A DNA stretch of 62,801 nt, taken from positions 1 through 62,801 of IMG/VR virus record IMGVR_UViG_3300034053_000018. One strand, written 5' to 3'. Positions within the stretch are counted from its first letter, which is position 1. Every line of letters begins with the position of its first letter. A model generated the notes under the pieces. It was not told where the DNA came from and did not search any database. It worked only from the letters and a program-made list of their open reading frames with translations. Shown here piece by piece: positions 36,631 through 47,015 of the stretch. A program made the translations under genes and the position numbers. This DNA is from a virus. Taxonomy: Duplodnaviria; Caudoviricetes.

Positions 36631-37491
36631 TTAGTTCTTCATCACGATGATAGAAAAGGAGGCGTCCAGTTTGTTACCTGCGGGGGTTCCTCCCGGTATG
36701 GCGCTGACCTTTATAACGCAGTTCGAAGGAATCTCCCGATACTCAAGCGCCCCTGTGGCATCCTGCCCGGAAGCCAGAAACCAGCGATCGAGGAAGTGAT
36801 ACACCGTACTCAGGGTATTGTCATCCGCAAACACCAAAGCCCTGAGGCGAGTGTCCATTGTGTTTGAAATCGCCGCTACATCCCAGTGAACCAGATGCCC
36901 GTGACAATCCGAAGGAACCTTGTACCTCCCAGACAAACTCCTGTTACCACCAGCCTTGATGTACTCAAACGTCGTAGCAACGGTAGCCGCTCCGTTCGTG
37001 CTGCTGATTGATAGATTCCCTACGGAAACCTCACTTGTACCGACACTCGCAACTTCCATCCATTGGATGAAGGAATACCCCGATCCGATGTTAACTGGAG
37101 TCGTCCCATTCAATGTATCCGTCCTGACTTGCTGCAATCCATTAGTGTCCAGATATACCGTCCTGACAGTCCGCGCTCCGACGCCAGCCGCCGCATCACT
37201 GGCGCTGGTACTGACCAGATACAGTGTCTGCCCCGTTGTCGGAGTATTCATTAAGGCTTGGGAGGTATCGAGATACTCACAAGCGTCCCCAAAAGCTGAA
37301 GTGCTTGTCCACCCGAGAGTTCGCGCACCCATAATGTGGAACAGCTTGGCTTCCACACCGCCAAGCATTCCCGTGTGCTGCACCTCATACTCGACAGGGT
37401 GAGCGTATGTTACAACCGGAGAGGCTCGCAGCTCGGCGTCCGTCAAAGGGCCGGAGACAGGCAACGGATTCGGGATGGGAATGTAGCTCAT
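36631..37491 (-). CDS. Virion structural protein
   Basis: VSTSASD...GARTV...LD..TLNGTTPV motif; beta-rich. Confidence 0.65.
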   Translation of the reverse strand: MSYIPIPNPLPVSGPLTDAELRASPVVTYAHPVEYEVQHTGMLGGVEAKLFHIMGARTLGWTSTSAFGDACEYLDTSQALMNTPTTGQTLYLVSTSASDAAAGVGARTVRTVYLDTNGLQQVRTDTLNGTTPVNIGSGYSFIQWMEVASVGTSEVSVGNLSISSTNGAATVATTFEYIKAGGNRSLSGRYKVPSDCHGHLVHWDVAAISNTMDTRLRALVFADDNTLSTVYHFLDRWFLASGQDATGALEYREIPSNCVIKVSAIPGGTPAGNKLDASFSIIVMKN

Positions 37492-37871
37492 ATAACGATC
37501 CAGTTGTTAGCCGTGTCAGCCTTGAGGTGCAGACTCGTCCATTGTACCGTGACCACGATGTCGGTAGTACCGAGGACGGTATCAGGGGCGGTAGGCACGA
37601 TGGTCAGGGTGGCACCGGCAACGATCAGAGTGATGTGGTATTCCTTCCCCTTGGCAGCAGGAGGGAGTGTCACGGTGCAGGTCTGAGCGACACTAATCTG
37701 CTCGTCGAACGCCGTCAGTTGGTAGGTGGCCGAGGTTATCGGCTTGACGGGAGATGCTTCTTCCAGTTGAGCCTGTGATGCTTGGTCAAGCGGAATCAGC
37801 GGGTGCTTGTGGATATAGCACTCCGCTTGGTTAGTCAGTTGTCCGAATTGGTATTCGTCTAGCTGGTTCAT
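37488..37871 (-). CDS. Small tail-associated beta protein
   Basis: TVTLPPAA.G.EY..W motif. Confidence 0.6.
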   Translation of the reverse strand: MNQLDEYQFGQLTNQAECYIHKHPLIPLDQASQAQLEEASPVKPITSATYQLTAFDEQISVAQTCTVTLPPAAKGKEYHITLIVAGATLTIVPTAPDTVLGTTDIVVTVQWTSLHLKADTANNWIVI

Positions 37872-38608
37872 ACAAGATTGACGATCAGCATTATTGCTGC
37901 AACCAGAGCTACAGCAATCACCACCATGTTGCTGTCTGATCTTTCTTCAGCTACTGGTTGAGCCGGTACTGCAACCTTCGGCACATTAGTTTCTTGCAAT
38001 ACCACATTCAAGTGCTTGTCCGTCTCAAGCACAGCATATGGAATCAGGGCACAACCGTTGTCACCGTACTCTGGCCCGTAGCTGTTAGCGCAGATATACC
38101 CGACATCGTTATACCCAACGACCAGAACTGCATGGACTCCGGTGCGAGGACGATTCAGATAGCCATCAAACTGCGCCGCATGAGTATCCATCACCCCAGT
38201 GATTTCCTTGAACCCTTCCCGCACATAGAGTCCAGCAATCACAGGAATGGACTGGTTCAAGAAGTCCTTGATCTGAGCGATGGGGCAGTAGCGAGCCATC
38301 GTCACTCGACACTTCCCTGCTTCATCCTTGACGTACTGCGGCGGCTCTCGGTTGATGTGCGCTGCATCCCAAGGCCAAGTCACTTCGGGAGGGCAGCCAT
38401 GAACTTGCAATGCTGAGATGATTTTGTCCATCGTGACCGAATCAACATTGTCATGCGTGTCCCGCATCATGTAATACAGGTACGAACGGGAACGCTCAAC
38501 ACCATCACCCAATAAGACCTCAAGCGCAGACGTAGCCGCGTGAGCAGTACAGGAGTTAGTTCTCCCTTGCGCTTCGATGTCTATCAGGCGATGACGGAGG
38601 TCGATCAT
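37868..38608 (-). CDS. Papain-like (C1) cysteine peptidase with C-terminal transmembrane helix
   Basis: QGRTNSCTAHA (Cys), HAVLVVGY (His), ANSYG (Asn); C-terminus VVIAVALVAAIMLIVNLV. Confidence 0.85.
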   Translation of the reverse strand: MIDLRHRLIDIEAQGRTNSCTAHAATSALEVLLGDGVERSRSYLYYMMRDTHDNVDSVTMDKIISALQVHGCPPEVTWPWDAAHINREPPQYVKDEAGKCRVTMARYCPIAQIKDFLNQSIPVIAGLYVREGFKEITGVMDTHAAQFDGYLNRPRTGVHAVLVVGYNDVGYICANSYGPEYGDNGCALIPYAVLETDKHLNVVLQETNVPKVAVPAQPVAEERSDSNMVVIAVALVAAIMLIVNLV

Positions 38609-38817
38609 TACCAGCCAGCCGCCTGAATATAAGCCGCCGCGCCTTCAACTTCTGCGATGAACTCATCTTTCTGTTCGATGCCATAAGCCTTGCGGTGATA
38701 CTGCTCAGAGATCACTTCGCCGTCACGGAGTATCTGGTCTGAATGCTGTACTTCTATAGCCTGTTGAGTAGGCTTGACGGTTACTGCTTTGAGGATGCGC
38801 TGTTCAGTTAGTGCCAT
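38608..38817 (-). CDS. Small tail-fibre-associated protein
   Basis: MALTE..IEV..ILRDGEVISEQYHR; follows the fibre gene. Confidence 0.65.
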   Translation of the reverse strand: MALTEQRILKAVTVKPTQQAIEVQHSDQILRDGEVISEQYHRKAYGIEQKDEFIAEVEGAAAYIQAAGW

Positions 38818-38829
38818 GTTTGATTCTCC

Positions 38830-41800
38830 TTAAACGTAGTAAGTGCCTGACACGATTACGTAATTCTTATCCGCTGTGGTTGTTAAAACCAAGTCCGTTG
38901 TTGCCAGCGTGGTCGAATCTGCTGTAGACCCAGTTCGGTAGTAGAGATTGATAAGACTGCTAGTTGTGGCAAGAGCAGATTCAGGGCGATTGGTTGCAAA
39001 TGACTCGCTGTACCCTACGTCCATCGGCGTATTCACAGCCGGTGTAAACGGAAGTCCTGAGATACGTACTGTCCCTGTTGCAGTTCCTACAGGTAAATCA
39101 TCTGTACGGATAACACCTAAGATGTTTACCGTCCTACCAATCTTTGTATATGACCCAAACCTAAGCGCATCGTAAGTAATCGTGCCGAACGCGCCAGATG
39201 AAGAAACATATGTAGGCGTCCACGTCCCCTCCTCATAATCGTCCAACGTATTCGCATCAGCACTGGCATTCTGCGTAGCTGGGAACTTGATCTGACCGGC
39301 TGTGGATGCGGAGATATCAAGGAGTTTCTGGGGGGCTACGGTTTGCAGGTAATCAAGTCGCAGTGCTTCTGTCTGCACACCTGACCCATTGTCGGTGAAG
39401 AGCGACAATCCAATCTGCGACGAGTTATTGCCTCTGTAGTGGCCTATTGATCCGTACCTAGCAGAGCTGTCCGAAATAAACGCAATCTGCGGAGTTCCTA
39501 CGTTTGATGTAGTGACGTTAGATAGAAATGCTGCATCCATAACAGGGGCAGTAAAATTTGCAGTAGCGCGACTGAACGATGAAGTTCCAGCTTGGACGGT
39601 AAATTGATCGTTTAGTAGCGCTGTACCTACCCCAACCTTTCCACCGAAGTAATTGCTTGCAGTCCCGTTAGCGTAGAAGTTCCACCGGCCTGTACCAGAA
39701 GCGATGTTGCTGAAGAAGCCGTAGTTGTTGGTTGCTCCGGTGAGGGCGGACGATACATTGAATCCGTAACTGTTCGTACCTGTACCTGTGGAGTTGTTAT
39801 ATACAGACTGAGTGGAGTCAATTCGCAGCGCCTCAGTCGGGCTACTAGCTCCATCACGGGTAGTAGAGAACACCAACCGTCCCGGCATATCATTGGTTCC
39901 GGGTGTGCCGTCTACTTCCCCGAGTATCGTTGCGGCTACTCTATTAGCAGAACCATCGTACCCCTGAAAACTAATAGTGCCAATATCGTCATCTGCTGCA
40001 ACAATAGTTGGAACTGCTACGCTGCCACGTGCCTTCCTTAACTGATATGAAGCCCCTGTTGCATTCGTAGAGAATTGGCTTGAAACAATAGCTGTGGTTG
40101 ATGTCCCTTCAACGAATATCGTGGCGTAAGTCCCATCAGTAACAAGAACCTTCTGCGCTTTACCAAGGTAGTCTGGGGTTCCCCCGATACCTACCGCACC
40201 GCCGTTATCCACCACAAACGGAGTCGAATCCGTACTCGCAGAGTCTTCAACTACGAAACTATTCCCTGAGCCGGTGTTCGTTATGGTGAAGGCTGCGTTT
40301 GCTGTCGAGTTATCGACTTGAACGTAGCCGGTCGTTGTGTGCTTACCGTCGCTTGCGATTCTGTAGCGTTCAGTAGGAGAGGCCGATCCATCGGGAGTGG
40401 TGGAGAATACCAACCGTCCCGGCATGTCGTTAGTACCGGGAGTACCGTCTACATATGCTTGGATTGCTGCACTATATACCCAATTTGCCCCGTCATCACC
40501 ATAAAATAAAACTTGCCCTAGCGCATCACCAGACTGAACCGCAGCGCGCGACCCAACCGCTGCCCCTCTTGACTTTACCTGCACCATCCCACCAGCGCCA
40601 GCGCCATTTGAATATCTGGCTAATTGGTAAAAAGAATCCACCCCAGTGCCTTCAACAGCAACCTTCGCCCCAAAAACTGCTGTGGCTGTTGTGGCACCTA
40701 TTATCAAATCGCCAGCGTTCGTAACCACCAAGGGGCTAGAATCCGTACTCGCACTATCCTCAACAACAAAACTATTACCTGAGCCAGTGTTCGTCACCGT
40801 CAGCGCAGCACTGGCACTGTTCGACAGGATCGTCGTAGCACCTTTGATCGAGTGGGTGTCCGTGGCTTCAGCGTCCCCTAAAGCTGCGTTGCCTGTGCTT
40901 GTCAGTGTGGTGAAGGTGCCTGCTGCCGGTGTGGTTGCGCCTACGGTTCCGTTATGCGGCCCGGAGAACTGGGTGCTTGCAGTAATCGTCGTCCCCGTAA
41001 TCGCAGCAGCACTAGTCCCGCCAATCACTGTGCCATCAATCGTACCGCCGTTAATGTCGATGGTCGTGACCGTACCCCCGTTGGCTGTTGCCCCACTGTA
41101 AGACGGGTTAGTCAGCGTCGGGGTGGTGATAGATGGGGAGGTTCCAAATACCACAGATCCAGTACCCGTTTCGTCTGTCAATGACGCCGCCAGTTGAGCC
41201 GAGGTAATCGACCCCGACGCTGTACCGTATAGTGTCCCGCTGGTAGGAAGTGTCACACCAGTTGTGCCGGTTGCGGTCAAGGTGACTGCGAATGCCCCTA
41301 CCGTAGCCAGCGTAGAGTTATCAGCCAGAGTCAGCGTTGCACCGGTAGCTGGGGCGGTCAGGGTCAGCTTGTTGATTGTACTACTCAGAGCGACAGGGGG
41401 GACGACAGCGAACGACGTAGGACTGATCGTAGCAACCATCGAGCCGTTCGCCGTTATACCTAATGTGTTCGTCGTTACGCGATACAGACCTGTGTCATTA
41501 TCCAAGCTGAAGGTTAGTGAAGGAGACGCTGCACTACCATCATCCAATACGACAGAGGACGTTACAGCTACAGTCTGTGCGGATACTACATTCGTACCGT
41601 CACAATAGATCGTGTAACTCTGGTTAGCTGAGACAACTACCGTAGAGCCTGAGCCTGTGGTGAAGGTCAGGCCTACACCGGCACCTACCGCACCTACTCG
41701 GACGAAGTAGACGGAGGCTACAGCGGGGATGGTAACAACACGATCACCTGCTGATACGTTGTAGAAGTACCAAAGTTTATTCGCCGCTTGCGCCGAGGTG

Positions 41801-42594
41801 ATCGTGATCCCACCAGTCCCACCGATAGAAACGTCTACGTTCAATTGAGTAAACTCAAATTCAACAGAGCGCCCGTACCCCAGCGTCACCCACTCGACAC
41901 CATTGGTCAGAATGAATGCTGATTCCCCCGGCTGGATACTCTTGCTAGATTGACTGTCAATAGTTCCAAAATACGTTGCAGCATCAATTGTCAGCGTCCC
42001 AGTACCATCGTTATGGACACCAATGAAATACCCGTCCAACATAGTTGCTGGATCGGGCAAGTACCACGTTCGCGTACCACCAGAGTAGATCAGTACCTTG
42101 CTGCGGTCTGCTGCTGCGAAAGTCTTATCCGTACTCGTAGACTCTGTGGGAAATTCGGTACTCAGTTGGTTGGAGACAACTTGCAGACCCGCACCAGCAA
42201 GAGCGGAAGCATCTGCACCACTTGTCCCTGTGCCGTAAGTGAATACCGCCCATGATCCCGCAGCAGTGGAATTGTCGGTGATGTAGATGTACTTTGCTTC
42301 GCCAGCCGCTACCGTCGTGATCGCACCGTTGGCGCTATTTACGATGTCAAAACTGACCACACCGACGTTACGAACAAGAGTGTCTCGCCCTGTGCTGACT
42401 TCGTCTGCCGCAGGAAAGGTGATCACCCATGCGCCACCTGTGGCGGTCACATCCATAATGGCTGCGACAAGGTTTGTCCCCGTGGAGCTATCAGGCCACT
42501 CCAAGGTAACGTCAGCCGTCAGAGCGACTGCACGGTAGGCAAATGCACTAGGAGGAACGGTGGCGTTTCCAAATACCGTCGAATACGTTGTCAT
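38830..42594 (-). CDS. Tail fibre protein
   Basis: 1254 aa, Thr/Gly/Ser-rich; DGSAASPSLTF..DTGLYR; ANTLDDYEEGTWTP..YTKIGR.V; internal duplication. Confidence 0.88.
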   Translation of the reverse strand: MTTYSTVFGNATVPPSAFAYRAVALTADVTLEWPDSSTGTNLVAAIMDVTATGGAWVITFPAADEVSTGRDTLVRNVGVVSFDIVNSANGAITTVAAGEAKYIYITDNSTAAGSWAVFTYGTGTSGADASALAGAGLQVVSNQLSTEFPTESTSTDKTFAAADRSKVLIYSGGTRTWYLPDPATMLDGYFIGVHNDGTGTLTIDAATYFGTIDSQSSKSIQPGESAFILTNGVEWVTLGYGRSVEFEFTQLNVDVSIGGTGGITITSAQAANKLWYFYNVSAGDRVVTIPAVASVYFVRVGAVGAGVGLTFTTGSGSTVVVSANQSYTIYCDGTNVVSAQTVAVTSSVVLDDGSAASPSLTFSLDNDTGLYRVTTNTLGITANGSMVATISPTSFAVVPPVALSSTINKLTLTAPATGATLTLADNSTLATVGAFAVTLTATGTTGVTLPTSGTLYGTASGSITSAQLAASLTDETGTGSVVFGTSPSITTPTLTNPSYSGATANGGTVTTIDINGGTIDGTVIGGTSAAAITGTTITASTQFSGPHNGTVGATTPAAGTFTTLTSTGNAALGDAEATDTHSIKGATTILSNSASAALTVTNTGSGNSFVVEDSASTDSSPLVVTNAGDLIIGATTATAVFGAKVAVEGTGVDSFYQLARYSNGAGAGGMVQVKSRGAAVGSRAAVQSGDALGQVLFYGDDGANWVYSAAIQAYVDGTPGTNDMPGRLVFSTTPDGSASPTERYRIASDGKHTTTGYVQVDNSTANAAFTITNTGSGNSFVVEDSASTDSTPFVVDNGGAVGIGGTPDYLGKAQKVLVTDGTYATIFVEGTSTTAIVSSQFSTNATGASYQLRKARGSVAVPTIVAADDDIGTISFQGYDGSANRVAATILGEVDGTPGTNDMPGRLVFSTTRDGASSPTEALRIDSTQSVYNNSTGTGTNSYGFNVSSALTGATNNYGFFSNIASGTGRWNFYANGTASNYFGGKVGVGTALLNDQFTVQAGTSSFSRATANFTAPVMDAAFLSNVTTSNVGTPQIAFISDSSARYGSIGHYRGNNSSQIGLSLFTDNGSGVQTEALRLDYLQTVAPQKLLDISASTAGQIKFPATQNASADANTLDDYEEGTWTPTYVSSSGAFGTITYDALRFGSYTKIGRTVNILGVIRTDDLPVGTATGTVRISGLPFTPAVNTPMDVGYSESFATNRPESALATTSSLINLYYRTGSTADSTTLATTDLVLTTTADKNYVIVSGTYYV

Positions 42595-43223
42595 GCTTCT
42601 CTCCGCGTCTGGGTGTTGTCAGTCATCCGGCGCATGGATTCGTTTCCTAGCATTTGGAGTGATCTGTCATACAAGGCTTGAAACTGAGCGGTACGACCAT
42701 CCAACTTAAGCCACGGTTGCGCTTCCAACAGACAAGCGTAGAGCAGCGTGTCGGGGGAATATTGCGTGTACCAATTTGTGAGGTTCAGATCGCTCAAAGG
42801 TTCGGGGCGTTCGTAGTAGGTCAGTTCAAAAGCCAGATCAGCATCCGGCGTACCTGCCAAGTAGAAGTGCTCGAAGTCGTAGTCAGCATAATACCTTGGA
42901 ACCCCGACATCCGCACTATCCGGCCAGAAGGAACGGCAGTATTGGATGGATCGCGGTTGCAGGGCAATCTTCATCCCACCAACAGTGGTGATGGTGAAGC
43001 TCACATTCTCGCGCCAGCGTGACGGCTTGGCGATGATGGGGTTGCCAGTAGTCAGAGTAGATTGAACGAACTGCATCACACCGAGGCCGCGCACTTCCTT
43101 GGCAAGACGGTTCTCTGCCATCATCACGAACCGCTCCCGCTGCGCGAGGAAGGGATCGTCTTCGCGCTCGGCGTAGTTCTTGATGTCTTCCAACAGTGAG
43201 GTGTAGGTCATTGCTGCTGGCAT
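42591..43223 (-). CDS. Head-tail adaptor / tail tubular protein A-like
   Basis: MTYTSLLEDI.NY..FVMMAENRL; PDTLLYACLLEA. Confidence 0.7.
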   Translation of the reverse strand: MPAAMTYTSLLEDIKNYAEREDDPFLAQRERFVMMAENRLAKEVRGLGVMQFVQSTLTTGNPIIAKPSRWRENVSFTITTVGGMKIALQPRSIQYCRSFWPDSADVGVPRYYADYDFEHFYLAGTPDADLAFELTYYERPEPLSDLNLTNWYTQYSPDTLLYACLLEAQPWLKLDGRTAQFQALYDRSLQMLGNESMRRMTDNTQTRREA

Positions 43224-43226
43224 GTT

Positions 43227-43451
43227 CTACTCCAAATCAGTATCCGGTCGCGGATGCTGAATAGTGATGTTCTCAGTCTTACGGGCTGGCAAACGCCACG
43301 GATCTCGCAAATCACAACAATCCTTACAATACCAAGCCCCGGTGTTCACATCTTTTTGAAGGTCACCTTGGTACATTTTCATTGAACAACGATAGCATAT
43401 CGCTATCGCCATTGTGCCACCAACTGCCTTGACTGGGAGGTATCGGCTCAT
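43227..43451 (-). CDS. Small zinc-binding protein
   Basis: AICYRC..CKDCCD..DP..PRPD. Confidence 0.7.
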   Translation of the reverse strand: MSRYLPVKAVGGTMAIAICYRCSMKMYQGDLQKDVNTGAWYCKDCCDLRDPWRLPARKTENITIQHPRPDTDLE

Positions 43452-44227
43452 TTCCTACCTCGCTTCCAACCGTCGGCTTCGTACTGAGCTACATCTTCAG
43501 GCTTCACCCGAACACTGGTTCCGTCTTTGTTGAACCATTTCGTACCCAAGCACCGAAGACTAGCTGCCAATCTAAGTTCTTCACTATTGGCGTAAACTTC
43601 GGAAATCTTACGGCGTACCGCTTCTCTATTTTCCGGAACACTCATGTATGCTTTTCGCTTATCCGACATGGCTTTCCTATAGGTAGGATCTTGCCACGCC
43701 TCAGCTATCCCCTTGCTGACTTTCGCAGCATACTCTGGATCCTGCCATCGTGCTTTGGATATTTCCGAAGTCTTGCGAATCTGGGCGTCAGATTGTTTTC
43801 TACCCCTATGCGCCGCAGACACCTTCGCCCTAGTCTCGTCTGAATACCGCATCCCTATGTGCGCGATAGCTATCTTCTTGCGCCACTCTTCTGACTTCGT
43901 CTTCCCGGTCGCAGCTTCCGACATCTTTCTACGGGTATCCGCACCGATTACAGTAGTCGGTGCGCCTTCGCCCCCACTGGTGAAGTTGACCAGAGTACCT
44001 GTACCTAGATCGCGCCTACCTATCTCCGCAATCAAAAGTTCTTCAAGCTCCATGCACAACTTACGAGGAGCCGTCTCAACTACGGTGCGCGTCCAATTTG
44101 GATAGCGCATCCGGATCGCACGGTGCCAGTGGTTACGTTGCACGTTCTTCACCCGAGCAGAGTTACCTATGCCGACGTAGAACGGCACCCCATCAGGTTT
44201 GTAGTCGATGTAAACGTGGTATGTCAT
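43448..44227 (-). CDS. Free-standing GIY-YIG-like / NUMOD3 homing endonuclease
   Basis: YHVY..PFYVGIG..R; E..LI..G..L.N.TSGGEG; repeated TRRKMSEA / ETRAKVSAA. Confidence 0.8.
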   Translation of the reverse strand: MTYHVYIDYKPDGVPFYVGIGNSARVKNVQRNHWHRAIRMRYPNWTRTVVETAPRKLCMELEELLIAEIGRRDLGTGTLVNFTSGGEGAPTTVIGADTRRKMSEAATGKTKSEEWRKKIAIAHIGMRYSDETRAKVSAAHRGRKQSDAQIRKTSEISKARWQDPEYAAKVSKGIAEAWQDPTYRKAMSDKRKAYMSVPENREAVRRKISEVYANSEELRLAASLRCLGTKWFNKDGTSVRVKPEDVAQYEADGWKRGRK

Positions 44228-45201
44228 CGGGTGTAGCAGCCGATACCGGGGACAAAATACACAGGTGCATTGTCACTCTCACCCAACTCAGCCTCCATCA
44301 AAAATGCACTTGATGCTTCAACTACCTCTTTACGCCTACCGGGGTCAACACCGGGAAGTTCGTACACTAATCTGGCAGCAAGCATCCACACTACTGCCTC
44401 TAGCCAAACTTGCGGCACTTCAATCTGCTGCGTCAGCGTACCTACATCCTGCACGAACCGATGCCGCCAGACGCTCAACTGGTCAGTACCAACGGACGGT
44501 ACAGGCCAGACGGTGATGGTGGGATTGACCAACTTGTCGTAGTAGAAGTTGGTGCAGACGGAGCCAGAGAATTGCTTATTGGGTTGCTGTGTGTATTCGT
44601 CCCGATTGAACTGTGTCATCGGGATGTCACGCACGGCGGAGGCCAAGAAGAACTCGTCGAACGTCGCCGGAACCGAACTGCTCAGCCGGTAGTACGTTGC
44701 GGTCGGTGGAGGGTCAAGCTCGTACCAATACCACTCGGTGTCCCAAGTGGTAGAGGCGATACTGGTCTGGGTAGTCCAAGTCACCCCATCGTCGCTGCTC
44801 TCGAACAACATACTGCCGGTGACACCCGCCGACAACTTAAACCCCCACCGCAGCACTTGCGTACTGGAAGTCAATTCGGTTGTTATGGTGGAAGCTCCGG
44901 CAGTATCTGTCCCAGTGACCTGCGTCATCTGGCTATACATGACGTTCAGCAACCGCACCGTCCCCGCAGGGAGGTCATAGGTCGCCTGATTGGTCGTCAG
45001 CGGTATGAGGTCTTTCTCAACGCACCAGAGATTCAACCCGCGATTGGCAAGGTTGAGCAGCAACAGGTACAGGTTCTGCTGACCGATCAGCACCGTTTCG
45101 GGTGTCTGATTGGCAGCAGGAATACCGCAACGACGTATAGCGTGTTCGAGCAGAACCGCCGTGTCGAGCGTCGTTGTTGCTACAGTGCCGGAGGTTGCCA
45201 T
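44224..45201 (-). CDS. Head completion / adaptor protein
   Basis: MATSGT..; LLLNLANRGLNLW; ITVWPVP; EVPQVWLEAVVWMLA. Confidence 0.7.
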   Translation of the reverse strand: MATSGTVATTTLDTAVLLEHAIRRCGIPAANQTPETVLIGQQNLYLLLLNLANRGLNLWCVEKDLIPLTTNQATYDLPAGTVRLLNVMYSQMTQVTGTDTAGASTITTELTSSTQVLRWGFKLSAGVTGSMLFESSDDGVTWTTQTSIASTTWDTEWYWYELDPPPTATYYRLSSSVPATFDEFFLASAVRDIPMTQFNRDEYTQQPNKQFSGSVCTNFYYDKLVNPTITVWPVPSVGTDQLSVWRHRFVQDVGTLTQQIEVPQVWLEAVVWMLAARLVYELPGVDPGRRKEVVEASSAFLMEAELGESDNAPVYFVPGIGCYTR

Positions 45202-45259
45202 TAGATATGCGCCCCTCGATTAAAAGCCAGAATCAGGATGAGACAGACGAGATAGGCGG

Positions 45260-46576
45260 TCATAGCGTCAAGGCTCGCAAAGTGGCGTCGCTTAGGCGTT
45301 TGGGGTAGTAGCGCAAGCTGCGGATGTGTGAGTTATGGCAAGTTGTCGCTGCTGCGTTAAAGGAATTGCCAATACTTATCTGCGTCAGTCCGGCAAGCGG
45401 TGGGCTAACAGCAGACGAAACAATAGCCGCACCATTAAGAGAAATCGCTTTATAGCTACTAGCAAAAGCCGTCGCAGCTTTGATTGTCGTACCTAGTGCT
45501 GGCGCTCCAACCGCAGTCGGAGCAAAATCAGAACCACCTGCCACTGTCGATATGATCTGAATGAGTCCCGTTGTTGCCCTACATACAGTGAATCTATTTG
45601 ATGCCGAACCATCATTAACATCGATCATTCGTCTGGTGTTTGTTCCGTCATTTGGGCCTTGTACTGCAACCACAACAAACGTCCCCTCCGAAGCATTGAA
45701 CCAACTGGAGAAGTTCGTCCCCGTCATGCTGCACACATCGGAAGCGCGGGTTACTGATGCGGTTGTGGTGGGGATGTAGCTGGTGGGGAAGGAGCCGAGT
45801 TCGAGTTGAGGCCACTTGAGCGTGATGTCGCCTGTTGCTGCACCCACAACTCCAAGCCCAAGACGAACTTCGCAATTCCCGGAAACCGTACATGCTTTGA
45901 AAATAGTGATTCTGTCGCCAGCAACAGGTACTGCACTACCCAAAGCAGTAACCCCGTTGACTGTGTATGAAGCAGCGCCAACAGTTGATGTACCAGCAGC
46001 AATTTCAATAAATGCAGTTAGCGGAGATGCGCCAGTGTTCTGCACTACATAGCAACTTACCGTGTAAGTATTGCCTGATGTTATGGCAATCGTCTGCCCA
46101 ACCATCGGACGCTGTGCCGTCGCAACAAAACGAATCGAATTACCGGAATCAGCAAGTGCGGCGTAAGTGACTTGTCCAGTATTGGCGGGGAATATCCAAC
46201 TCGTCGGAGCAACAGCACCACTGCCTTCAGTTCCTGAAGTCCCACCTGCCCATCCACTCTGCAAACACAAATTCGCCCTACTCTCCTCAATCAACAGCCC
46301 CTTGCACACCAGAGTCGCAGGGTCGTAGTCGATTCGGGGAATGTTCGCCGCAGCAGTACGCAGCACACCTTGAGCATCGAAGTACGTCGCACAGGTCGTT
46401 GCATCGGCGCGGGTGAAGGTCACACTCGACGGCAACGGCTGCGAGAAGTCCAGCGCAAGACTGGGAACACCCGGATCGGCAGCGAGTCCTGCGTTGCCAT
46501 ACACCGATCCCATCGCTAGGGGCGACAGACGGGTGTTGAGGCCGTTGGCGACTGCGGTATTGACTGAGACAGCCAC
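45260..46576 (-). CDS. Head fibre/spike-like protein with LamG-like C-terminus
   Basis: TFTRA..PRIDYDP..KGLLIEESRAN; QLE.GSFPTSYIPTT..TRA.D. Confidence 0.75.
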   Translation of the reverse strand: MAVSVNTAVANGLNTRLSPLAMGSVYGNAGLAADPGVPSLALDFSQPLPSSVTFTRADATTCATYFDAQGVLRTAAANIPRIDYDPATLVCKGLLIEESRANLCLQSGWAGGTSGTEGSGAVAPTSWIFPANTGQVTYAALADSGNSIRFVATAQRPMVGQTIAITSGNTYTVSCYVVQNTGASPLTAFIEIAAGTSTVGAASYTVNGVTALGSAVPVAGDRITIFKACTVSGNCEVRLGLGVVGAATGDITLKWPQLELGSFPTSYIPTTTASVTRASDVCSMTGTNFSSWFNASEGTFVVVAVQGPNDGTNTRRMIDVNDGSASNRFTVCRATTGLIQIISTVAGGSDFAPTAVGAPALGTTIKAATAFASSYKAISLNGAAIVSSAVSPPLAGLTQISIGNSFNAAATTCHNSHIRSLRYYPKRLSDATLRALTL

Positions 46577-46577
46577 G

Positions 46578-46964
46578 TTAGGCTCCCATTATCAACGACG
46601 CTACAGCCCCCGTACCTGTGATCCCATTCTGTGCAATCGTTGCCCGGACATACATCCAAGTGGCGTCAGTAGCGAATCCATCCGAAACATTACCTGTAGC
46701 GGAAGGCGTACCCGACAAAGAGATTGTCCCCATTGTAATCCAACCAGCAAGGGTGGGATTACTCTCAGCCAGCGCGTCGTTGGTAACTTGAACTGTAATC
46801 GTCGCAGTAGAAGCAACCGCTCCAGAATTGCGAAGAACCCCCAAGAAGGTGCGCTTGGCATACTGTGCACCAGCACCGGGAGGGGAAGTCACCTTAATGG
46901 CTTGGCTGAATACCGCAGCAGCATCAGTAGTCGCCTTGGTAATCGCGTTGAGTAGTATCGTCAT
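46578..46964 (-). CDS. Virion structural protein
   Basis: 128-aa beta-rich ORF in the head operon. Confidence 0.65.
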   Translation of the reverse strand: MTILLNAITKATTDAAAVFSQAIKVTSPPGAGAQYAKRTFLGVLRNSGAVASTATITVQVTNDALAESNPTLAGWITMGTISLSGTPSATGNVSDGFATDATWMYVRATIAQNGITGTGAVASLIMGA

Positions 46965-47015
46965 GCTTACCCCTACTTGAAAGCGTTGGAGGCAGATCCG
47001 CTGCCCCCACCGGTA

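Noticed and set aside
38830-42594. Diversity-generating retroelement acting on the tail fibre
   Set aside because: No reverse transcriptase or adenine-specific template/variable repeat pair was seen
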